NCBI GenBank assembly: GCA_905178155.1
Contig: CAJINV010000001.1
Coordinates: forward strand, 915,643 to 979,642
Reading direction: 5' to 3'
DNA: 64,000 nt
From: Amoebophrya sp. A120
Taxonomy: Eukaryota; Protista; Dinoflagellata
In this document: in pieces, positions 48,001 through 58,098 of the stretch
Numbering within the stretch: position 1 is the stretch's first letter
Layout of the letters: each line of letters begins with the position of its first letter
The notes under the pieces: generated by a model
The model's input: only the letters and a program-made list of their open reading frames with translations
What the model was told of the DNA's origin: nothing
The model's database searches: none
Made by a program: the position numbers and the translations under genes

Positions 48001-51000
48001 TCTTTCTTCGCCGTAGTTTTTGGGCGGGCCCAGTCGAGAAGCGCGTGTGCGAGGATAGGCGCGGGGGATCGGCACCCCTGGAAGGAGCTTTTCCAGTCGC
48101 AGCGGAGCGCCACGCGAAACGCGGTCCGCAGCAGCGCCACGACATCTTTGACACGAAGGTGTTGTGGCCCTTTTTTGGTCTCCAGAGGCTGCTGGGTGCG
48201 CAGCAGGTCCGCGACCGCCTGCACGAACAGGGTGCTCTTCTCGATGATGGCCTCACGTTTCTCGACCAACTCCCCTCGGCAAACCGGGTTCTTCACCATC
48301 AAGTTGTACATGTGGATATTTTTCGTGGTCAGCCCCGGATCCGCCACGTCCGCGCTGCCCCCGGCCAGCTTCTGGTAATACTTCGCCACTTTATCTGAAA
48401 GTTTGATGTTCACCGATAAAGTTTCGAGGTCAGTTTCTTGAATGTTGTTTCGGTAGTTTCCTTTTAATACTCCTTACTTATTCATTTATTATATGCCTAA
48501 TCAAGAGTCGGAATTACAAGCAAAACTTCTGCAAACGATAGTAGAAGTCATCTATTCTCATACCAAAGTCCTTGCACATTTGGTCTGCCATGTGGCCGAC
48601 CATTTTCCATGCGTGCGCGGCGTCGACCATATACGGCTTGGACTTCAAGTTCTTCACAAATTTTTCACTATCACAGAGAAAACTGCTTCCAACTCATGCA
48701 GGCATGATCGTCATCAAGCTCAAGGGTCAGGGATTTTTTTATGAGATGCTAAAGGCATGAACTAAGAACATGCGCTGCTGCTTTCGACTGCTAAACGAAC
48801 CTACCACGATAGTATCTTCAAATCAGGCTTTCATGCTGTTTTCATCGTTTTCGTTGGAAGCGGAGATTATTTTTCTCGGCATATTCGCGCACGGGTCCTT
48901 TGTCCAACGACGGCAGGTGCTTCAACGCGTCCAGAATGTACTCCGTCAGATCTGCTCGGTCGGTCAGGAGCTGCAGTATGGACTCGTTTATCGAATGCAA
49001 AAACTACACCCTGTGTCTTTAGGGTCTTGTCACCTAGGAAAATGCAGCCTTCAAAGAAAAGGGTGATATTACCGTCACCGTGAGCACAAGAGAATGTAGA
49101 CTATAAACATGTTGATATTAGGCATTCAGCAGTTAAAAAGACAAAGATCCCTTTTCCGCCGCTGCAGAGATTCTGCATTTAGTTCTTCTATATTTGTATA
49201 TTTTCATGGGCATGCTCATGGTCTTGGTCTTGCAAGAGGAGCTCAAGACTTCCTTGGTAAAGAAAACTACCCTCGGACATTTTCAGAGTTGCGATGCGTA
49301 TCATCCGTGAACCACTCGCGCATAAACTCGACACGGTTGGAACGGTTCGAAGCCCCGAGCTTTTGTCGCTGTAGCATGATCCCGACCGCAGCAATTTTGT
49401 AGCTAGACACCTCTCTGGGCTTACTGTGGTATGAAAGGGGTGAAAGCAGTTGGAGTAGCAGTTGCTTTTCATAGGTAAAGTAAGTACTTGTACTTACAGT
49501 TACTTACAATTTAATTCGCAAAAATAAACGGCACTCAAACTCAATCAAGGCCAAAAAGTAATTAGTGACGTCGATGCACTTTTCGTACGATGCAATTCGT
49601 CGCCTAGAATTATTCTGCATTCTCTCGCAGCAATTATTGTGTCTGCGATGAAGGAAGTTACTTAACTGCAGCAATCGCGCATCAGGCCTTTTGCTTTCAT
49701 CACCTTACGCACAGTTCCGACCACACGTAACAGACGAACTGCATCAGCAGCAGGGTGTCCATCTCTTTGGCGAATCGCAGGATGCCCAGCACCGCCAGCG
49801 GCAACTTCTTGAGCAGGGTGTCGAGCCGCTCCGCGCCGGCTCTGAAGCGCTCCTTCCGCTGCTCCGCTGCCTCGTTGTTGTCTCCACCCAGCTATCCTGT
49901 GCAAAAGTATCGTACTCGTAGTAATTGCATTTATGCATTAGAGTGAGGTAACAAACTAAAGCTGGAACTTCGCGGTTGAGTTCTCATCCGGCCACCGGCC
50001 GGATGAGGCCAACCGCTGAAGGCGGGCAACCGCTGGCAGCGAGCGGACAACCGCTGGAAGCGGGGGACCCGAGCGGACAACCGCTGCACGGGAAACCCGA
50101 GCCGAGTGAAATAGTAATAGGAACGGAAATTCTGGACGCTGCGCAGATAAAGAAAGAATAGAAAGCCCACACGTCTGCTTTTTGGGTGTCGGCGCTTTCC
50201 GCTGCCTTTGCATGGCAAAGCTGGGGCTTTTTGCCTAATGAAACGCCGCGGCCCGGGAGCGGACAGGGGAGAAGAGTTGGTCGACCGGTTGAGGACGGGG
50301 GAAGAGGACCGGGCCGGCCGGCCGGGTTCCGCCGGTGATGTGGTTGAGTTCTCATCCGGCCGCCGGTCGGATGAGAACTCAACCGCGAAGTTCCAGATTT
50401 AGTTTGTTACCTCACTCTTACAAATTTCTTTCTCAAGGCAATTCAGCATTTGTAATGCTGGGGAAATTTCTTGTAATGCTATTTCTATTAGTACGATGCT
50501 TTTGCATTTCGTACCAGCAAGTCCCCATCCTCGTGCAGGTCCAACACGTTGTCTTTTTTCTTCCTCTTCTTTTTTCCGGCGGCCGCTCCCGCCGGCGGGT
50601 TTTGTTCCTTGAGGTCCTGGAAGATGGCGGGCCGCATGATGTTCGCCAACTTTCGCCCCACCGCGGCGTTGGCTTTTTGCGCGTCCTCTTCCGTCTCGTC
50701 CGCGATCGCCCCGTAGAACTCCGCGTACTCGTGCGCGACTCGGGCCATCATCTGTTGCGGATCGATCACCTCCGCCAGCTGAAAAGTGGAATAGTGGTTC
50801 GCCTTCTCGAGGAAATCCGCAAACGAGCTGCGGTATGCATTGCAAACATTTACATTTTGTCAGGGACTGGAATAGTAAACTTCTGATGCGGAGTTGCGAA
50901 TGACTGAAACACATGGGACGAGGGCAACTACACAAAGCTGCATGGCAAGTTTTGTATGACTCTCATCCCACTATGAGCCGTAGGAGCACGCATAATGACA

Positions 51001-54000
51001 AAAAGTTGCGCTTTTGGACGACGGAAATTTTGTCGATCATGCGACTGCTTCTGCTCATACAGATTTTTATTTCCAGGCGTTTTAACAAGTACGAGGACCA
51101 GAGTTTGCACTTTTATTTTTCCAGACCCAGAGCGAAGATGTAATTTGCGATTGATATCCGAACCATGGGGCTCTTGTCGTGCAGCAGGTGCCACAAGTTG
51201 CCGCAGATCAACAGGTTTTTCAGGTCGTCGTGGCCCCCCGGGCCCGCCGGGAGCTTCTCAATCAGGTGGGACAGGGCGCGGCACGCCTGGTCTCGAACCT
51301 TCGGGAACCGCTTGTCTGTGGCCACCTGCCCGAGCGACGCGAGCATGGCCTGCCGATCGGTGAACTCAATCAGGGTCCAAAACTCGGTAAGCACCTCGGC
51401 GGCGCATATCGAATGTAAAAATGTCTGGGTCTGGAAGAGTGCATGTTTGTCATGCTTGTCTGGCATGACACCCAAATCTGTCATGCACGTTACCCAAGAG
51501 CGGCATTTTTCTGTCATGCAGAAACGCAGTTTGTCATGCAGAATAGGCAACACCTAGAAGCTCAGAAACCTGTCATGCTGCGCCAGCACTTGTGGCCTCC
51601 TCATGATACGCCGCCCAGCATCACAAGTTTCCAGACCCAGACATTTTTGCATTTGATAGCGCACTGGATGCCACGAATCCGGACCTCGTCGTTCGGATCC
51701 ATAATTCCGTATCAAAATGAAAAAAGCCCCCGCGCCATATAAAAACGGAATTTCTGACGCTGGATTTGTGTACACAGATCAGCTCTGTATTGCCGAGAGG
51801 CATGGCGGCCAGATCTCCAGGCTAGGTAGGGGCGTACGGGTCTAGTTGTTCAGCATGGCAAACGGCCCCCCTTTAGGCCTCACAGCATGACAAATCGCTT
51901 CCATAATGGGGCGGAAGCTTCTGCCCTTGTCTTCTTGCAAGACAGGTGTGATGTGTGACCTCAAATCCGCAACACAAATTTTTGGAAACATACCTTTTCA
52001 ATATGAGGAGGGGGGATTTTTCCTCTCAATATTCCGTCCTGGATCACGAGCACTTGACGCTCTGGTGGGAGAGATGTTTTGAAGAACAAAAATAAAGTCA
52101 TCTTCCCGCTTCTCGCTGTTTCTTCATTCTCATATTGCACTATGTCCTCATAATCCACAAAAAATGTTTTCATCTCCTGCTGTAGTAGTTTGTTTTAGAA
52201 ACACAAAAAAGGTAATATCGGTACTGAATTCCTGCCTGGTGTCGTCGTGGGCCGTGTCATAGTTGTCGGTGTGCACGAGGGGAAAGACCTTCCCCAGGAC
52301 GGTGACGGCGTTGAGGCGCACTTTCGGGTTCGCGGCCGCGAGGTACTTCCACAAAACTGGGGCGTATTGCCGGATTAACATGCTTTTCAGGTCCGGCATG
52401 GCGTGCATCTGCATGTGGAACTCGTTCAGCAGCAGCAAAGCCTTTTTCGCACCCTCTGGCTGTGCGAGGATTGCGCAGTGGATCCAGTCGGACACACGGT
52501 CCTCCAGCATCATCCGCGTCTTTTCCTTGCCTAGCCGCCTCCGCTCGTACTTGGCCGGGTCGCCCGAACCCTCCGGCCCCTCCCAACTGCTCCGGGACAA
52601 GTCCCAGGCGTTGAACAGAATTTTTCCTAACTGTCGAATCACCCCGCTGTTCTGACTTGGAAGCACGTTCTGCAGGATCGGGGTTACCTTTGGATGGTAG
52701 TTTTCAAAACATTTCTTGTAAAAACTCAATGCGCACGGAGGCGGATAGAATAAGTAGATATTCGGAGGCGGATAGAATAAGTAGATATTCATCCGGGAAG
52801 ACAATGTAGCACAAGCTGCTTCTGTGCCACTGTCTTTACATATTAGCTGCCACGGTGAGCCAGAAACTGCCCACGAGCTGCCTCATTTTCCTGAAGCTAA
52901 TTTGTCTGCACTGGGTTGCTGCATAATCGGGATCTCGATGAAAGGAAAGTAGACAGAGGCAATGGCATTATGCAGGTGGTCAGGAAGATTTGTATAGCCA
53001 CGAAATCGAAAATAAGCCTCCGCATCATGAAAAACAACACCTCTTTTGTCAGGGAATGGTGCTGCGCTAGAATGAAGGCGAGAAACTTCTGGCCGTGTGC
53101 GTTCTTGAAGAAGGGCGGGCTGGCGAAGCAGCGGGTGATGCAGTCCTTCATGTGTTTCGTGCTGGGACCGTATCGTCAGAAAACAAAACCGTCTCAAAGA
53201 CTCAACGACCTTTGCTTGGCTTATTCTGCACTCTCAGCATCACAGGCTCCACCTTCAGCATGCGTTAGATGCAAGAGAAGTAAACACGTATGAACAAGTG
53301 CCCTTTTCTTGCATGTCCGCGAGCATGACAAAAAAAAACTGTGTCAACAAAGAACAAGTTCCGCATACTTAAAGTAAAAGTCAAGACGGAGACAGTTTTT
53401 TCTCGCGATCATAGGTCATCCCAGTCAAACTCCTGGAACATTGCCCGGACGCCCCAGAGCTGCTCCACGCTCTTCTGGGTGGCGCGGTCGGCGATCGCCT
53501 CTTCGCAGAGGTAAACTGCGAGGGTGCCGTGCACGATGAAGGCCACCCGGTGGTTCATCTTGACCACCCGCTCGAACCCCGCGGCCAACTGCTGCTTCCC
53601 AGTTTTCCCCAGCGGGTGCCTCGGGAGCATATGCATTGCAAATATGTCTGGGTCTGGACTCTTTTAATGCTGAGTCGTGAACAGTCAAGCTCAAGACGCT
53701 TACCCTGTATATGCACAGCAGAGCATGAGAAAAATATGCGCGCAGCTGTAGTCGTGTTGCGTTTATTTACGCATTACAAGCTGCGTTTTTGCATAACAAG
53801 CAAAACGGTCTCTTCTACTTCACCTTGGACACATATCACAAGTAAAGCTTTTCTGTCATGCCAGACAAGAATGATAAACCTTGCATCCTTCCAGACCCAG
53901 ACATATTTGCAATTCATAGTCCAGGCACGACTGCAGCACGTTAAGCATGTGCATTAACTGGGGCGGAATCTCTGCCTCGTTCTGCGCCGCGCTCGGCTTG

Positions 54001-55930
54001 TTTTCCTTCTTCCTCATTTGTGGTATTAGAGAAGACGGCTCTTGTTCTTCTTCCTTCTTAAACACATTGTCGTCAGTCTCCATGTTGTCCAAGTCGTTTT
54101 CGTTCTGCTCCTCATTCTTCGCCTGAACATTTTTCGATTGTTTTCGGCACGGAAGTTGCTTGTTTCATTTCTCACGCAGCGAGGACTGCAGCTGCTCATG
54201 ATGCGCGTGATTACGTAATATGAATGCAGGTCATCGACATTGAGGGGCTGATTCTGACTGAGAACGACACGACAGCGACTCTTAGAAATGCGAGCGCGAG
54301 TTGCACTACCGACCTGAAGCCTACACTACTGCTGGCAACTTCTACTTACAATACTTACCTGCAGCACGTCGCAGCGTCGCAAATCATTCTCTTCATTTTC
54401 TTTCTCAGGCGTGGAAGTTATATGATTGCTCCACCTACTAGTAGCATAATTTCTTGCAATAATCCTGGAAGATGTTGAAGCGCCTTGTCGCATCATGTTT
54501 GAAAATTGGTAGTACCTCTGCAGCAGCTTTGGAGGCGGTGGTCCCCATGCAGGTGAGGGCATATTCCGTAAAGAGCTTCACCACATCTTGCATCACGGCT
54601 AAAATTTTCTTGCTTTCAGCCTCGTCCTCGCCGAATATCCACTGCAAACATGTCTGGAGGGTCTGGAAGAATGTAAAGAAACCACCTGTGAAGATGCTGG
54701 GCCGACAAAGCAGAAGAGTTTGTCATGCTTCTTGCGCGGCTACAGATGAGCTACTTGCTCGTTTTCATGGAAAAAGGAGAGGATTTCTCGTCATGCGGTT
54801 AAATACTAGAAATTAAGTAATAGCAGCTCAGAGACTTCTTGCTATGCTATGCGCGGCCCCATAAATAAACGGGTTGCGTATCATTGATATGATCGCGTGG
54901 ATGCTTATTTTGTAGCATCACAACTTTTCAAAGACCCCAGACGACATATTCCCTTGCGAGGCATACCGACTAACAGCACTGTCGTATCCGCCACAGCCAT
55001 TTCGGCGTTCCTGCTAAGATGCGTATGGCCCTTCTCAAAGGTTTTCTCCGACACCGCTCTCACCTCCTTCCAGAGCTCGTTCTTCTCATCTGATATGTCA
55101 TTAGATATCTATTTTCTTCTTGCAAGAGTGTAGTTCGTTGCTTTATGATATATGAAAGAACTGTGGCTCCAAAATTCGCCCTGTTACTGCTCCCCCGAGA
55201 CGACCAAGAGACAATTAGAGAGCAGAGAAGATCACGACAGCTGCTACAGGAGAAATTTAACAAGTACGCTAAATCATGAACAAAACAAAGAATCACAACT
55301 ACATCAAAGTGCACACCCTGTGTGAGTTGAGTTGTACCGATAGTGCGGAGCTTGGCGAGAACTTTCCTCAAGTTGCTACTCGACACGAAGTGTCTCAGCT
55401 CCGCCAGGGTGGTGTATGAAAGTGCACAACTCCCCCCTTTTCCCCTCGTTGGTATGGCATGAACAGCAGTACAAGCGCCAGCTCCAGCACACAAGGAGAA
55501 GGACCAGGAGTCTGCGCACCCACACTATGAATTAATGCGCTTAGTGTAGTAGGTCTGTTTGGGCTTCCGGATGAATCATCTGGAAAAATGCAACAGGGGC
55601 CACAAGGCAGCACTTGGACTTGGCATTTTCCATGACAAGTGAGGGAGAGCAGGGGGTTGGGTAATCCCATACAGTGAGCGGTTTTCGCGGCAAATCGTTG
55701 TTGTCGTCGACGATCTTTACGCTCTTGTTGCCCTCCTCTTCCATCGCAACGTCTTCAGCATTGTTCGCCGACACAGCTTCATCTCCTGTTTGTCCTACTG
55801 CTGCAGCAGGTTCCTTACCTCCAGCGGCGGCAGCGGGGCGCGCCGTATTTTCTTTCTCCTCAAAGCCAACATCCTTGTCGTCGTCGACCACCGGAGGTGG
55901 AGAACGCAATTCCTCGAGCTCTTCGTCCAT
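45044..55930 (-). CDS. NCAPG2: Condensin II complex subunit CAP-G2 (HEAT-repeat), multi-exon
   Basis: CFASPPFFKNAHGQKFLAFIL, YAPVLWKYLAAANPKVRLNAVTVLGKVFPL, MDPNDEVRIRGIQCAAEVLTEFW and LLHDKSPMVRSSFADFL match CAP-G2 motifs in order; continuity of the distal exons (48400-49600 and below) as one gene is inferred. Confidence 0.8.
45126..45406. mobile_element. Introner family D-like (281 bp)
   Basis: TSD TTTTC; removal gives KKAK-SAVSGTDG...KKKK* (stop 45044). Confidence 0.88.
46421..46673. mobile_element. Introner family A (253 bp)
   Basis: TSD CGTCG; removal gives ETFFD-GPAELKDE. Confidence 0.92.
46907..47150. mobile_element. Introner family G (244 bp), inverted relative to 44575-44809
   Basis: Flanks GCGCG/GCGCT; removal gives TAEAA-RENPDGLK. 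Confidence 0.9.
49893..50513. mobile_element. Introner family C with nested MITE (621 bp)
   Basis: TSD CCAGC; TAT...GTA; left end tatcctgtgcaaaagtatcgtactcgta matches the right TIR of 11844-11988; removal gives DGDLL-GGDNNEAA. Confidence 0.88.
49941..50417. mobile_element. Nested MITE (477 bp), PIF/Harbinger (Tourist)-like
   Basis: 3-bp TSD TTA; ~50-bp near-perfect TIR GAGTGAGGTAACAAACTAAA(G/T)CTGGAACTTCGCGGTTGAGTTCTCATCCG; splits the host motif gcatta|caaattt. Confidence 0.85.
50834..51156. mobile_element. Introner family A, degenerate (323 bp)
   Basis: Flanks TGCGG/TCCGA (differences synonymous); removal gives KSPMVR-SSFADFL. Confidence 0.75.
51407..51658. mobile_element. Introner family A (252 bp), inverted near-copy of 12038-12290
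   Basis: TSD GCGCA; removal gives RGIQC-AAEVLTEFW. Confidence 0.92.
51710..52031. mobile_element. Introner family B (322 bp)
   Basis: TSD TTCCG; colinear with 9780-10102. Confidence 0.9.
52736..52790. repeat. Tandem duplication 2 x 27 bp (probably intronic)
   Basis: cggaggcggatagaataagtagatatt occurs twice. Confidence 0.85.
53171..53413. mobile_element. Introner, heavily degenerate
   Basis: TAT...ATA, weak TIR, internal gcatcaca/gcatgaca; flanks match only 2/5; removal plus 5 nt gives EFDWDD-PSTKHMKDCI. Confidence 0.6.
53630..53918. mobile_element. Introner family A (289 bp)
   Basis: TIRs intact; flanks GAGCA/GTCCA; frame restored (QSCL-x-PRHPLGK). Confidence 0.82.
54636..54965. mobile_element. 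Introner family A, degenerate (330 bp)
   Basis: Flanks CCGAA/CCGAC; remnant TIRs; frame restored (VLL-x-GEDEAESKK). Confidence 0.75.
55415..55671. mobile_element. Introner family E (257 bp)
   Basis: tatgaaagtgcacaactccccc matches 14280-14499; flanks TGGTG/CAGTG; frame restored. Confidence 0.78.
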
Positions 55931-56194
55931 TTTCACACACGACCACGACGTGCCTTTATTTTCTCACACTACGTCTACATCTTGTTGTTCGCGAAATTGC
56001 GTAGCCACCGTACTAGGTGGCAGCGGCTGCTGGTTTGTTGTGACTATTCAAGGTTATAATGTACTTAAACATTTCTATTTGATGCACCAGTTGCGCTGCC
56101 TCAACAGATTTTGGTACGATTCGACAATGATACAACACGTCGTGGCTACGATGAAGTCGCCGATCCGAGTAAGTATGCTAGGAGTAGAATCGTT

Positions 56195-57689
56195 TTTCGT
56201 AAGTACGAAGGTACTGTCCTCGGTAGTACAGGTAAAAAATCACAAAATCCTCGGCTTTATCAGCGTATAGCCCCTCTATTGCGGTTTCTGGGGTGTGGTT
56301 AGCAGAGGAACAAGCACACAACGCAATTTTTTTTTGGGGCGCGCGCTGCGCGCGCGCGCGTCGCGATATGCATACAAAAGTAAAAAAACTTCGGCGCGCG
56401 CGCTAAATAAATACACGCGCCACGCAGCGGAACGCATGGCGCATACGTGGTTACAATCCGCCGGCGCGGTGCAGCAAACCATGATCATCTGCAGGACAGA
56501 TGAAGATCGAGCCCGGTTTATTATCGTCGTCGGCTCTGCCTCTCCGCCTGCACTGGGGCCGAGCATGGTGCGCGAGGTTTGTTGGCCCTTCTTCCGCCTT
56601 CAAGCTGAATAAGAAGCAAAGGGGCTTGCGACTTGGAATAAAGTATGCCGGAAAAGGAAAGAGCGCTTTGCCGCGACAACAACCATCGCCATTACCCATC
56701 CTGCGCGGGGTAGTGTGCAGAGGGTTAAAAAGTGGGCTAACTACAAAAAAAAACGCCTTCGGCTTCGCAGTAATTTGTAGCGCAGCACTGCGCTACAAGC
56801 ACCCGGCGCGCCAAAGTGGTTGATGTGGGCATCTCAATTACTGAGATACCCGCTTCAACAGCCCGAGAGCAGTCTTGGCCGCGCAGTTCTGCATTAGAAG
56901 TTGCGCCATGATCTACCGCGCCGCAAGTCTGTTTGTGCAGGAGAGTGACTTCTCAGTCGATCTACAAGCTTCCCCCTGAAGTACTGCGAAGCACCTCTTC
57001 TGCTTAAAACATGCTCACTCAAAATCAAATAAAAGCAAAACAGTTCTGCATGGTTTTACTTGAATGAGCTGCCGAGCTCCTACGATCTACTTACAAACTG
57101 CGCCCAAGCTACTGCTCTTTTTTTCGAGCAGTGGATCGGCGGCATACAACCAAGCGGGATTGCAGTCAAGAAGTTGTAGATAATTCATTGCGAGGCAGCT
57201 GCGCTGCTGCTCCGTGAAAGGTAGCCGTCTCCCTTTTGGGGAAAGAATGGCCCTCGGCTTCATTTTGAGAAACAGAAAGCACGTCTGCTTCGATTGATTT
57301 ACTTCCCTTTTGGCGAGTGGAAAACCGCCTGGGTCTGCTTTCTTTATTTGAAGAACGATATAAAAGCGCGACCCTTACTAGCATCGGGGTTGTGACTACT
57401 TCGCGCACTGTAGTGCGCCTTGCAATCGAAGCAACGCGCTGGCTGTGGCTGTGTTTTCAGAAAAGCTGAGAAAGGCGCTCGACACGCCGTGCCGTCGGGA
57501 TTAGGATTCGCGATAGGCTTCGCACTAAACAGCCCCCGGATTTCGAAAAGGGGGGCCTAGGGGGGTAAGCTCGCTCAGATTTGCGTATCTACCCCCCTTT
57601 TCGGTATCGAAAAGGGGGCCGATTAATCGCACAGCCTCTTTCGTAAGTACGAAGGTACTGTCCTCGGTAGTACAGGTAAAAAATCACAA
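56195..57689. repeat. 51-bp perfect direct repeat flanking a 1393-bp non-coding segment
   Basis: tttcgtaagtacgaaggtactgtcctcggtagtacaggtaaaaaatcacaa at 56195-56245 and 57639-57689. Confidence 0.88.
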
Positions 57690-58098
57690 CACGTTTGCTG
57701 TCAACATCTCGACCTCTCTCGCGGGCTTTTCGTTCACCAGACTGGCAAGATACAATTTACAACTAGTGTGGTTTGATGTAGCAGGGAAGAAGTTTGACTG
57801 AGAGGACTGCTCGACGAACGATATCAAAAGCTGTCAATATTTCCGACATCTCTGGCGACGCGACATGTGTGTGAGTGTCGGTGGCTACTGCATACAAGGT
57901 AAATAAACTTGCTGAAGTACTAATCTTTCGAAACGCAATGAACAAAAATCCAAATCGACCCTCACTTACAGGGAGGTTTGTGTCCCATGTGAGGACATCA
58001 AGTGAGCCACTATGCCGACGTCTCTCGTGTTCTCGCGTGAGTTGAAATTATGCGACACGTTTTAATTGACATCAAACCGTGACGACACCAAGGTGTCT

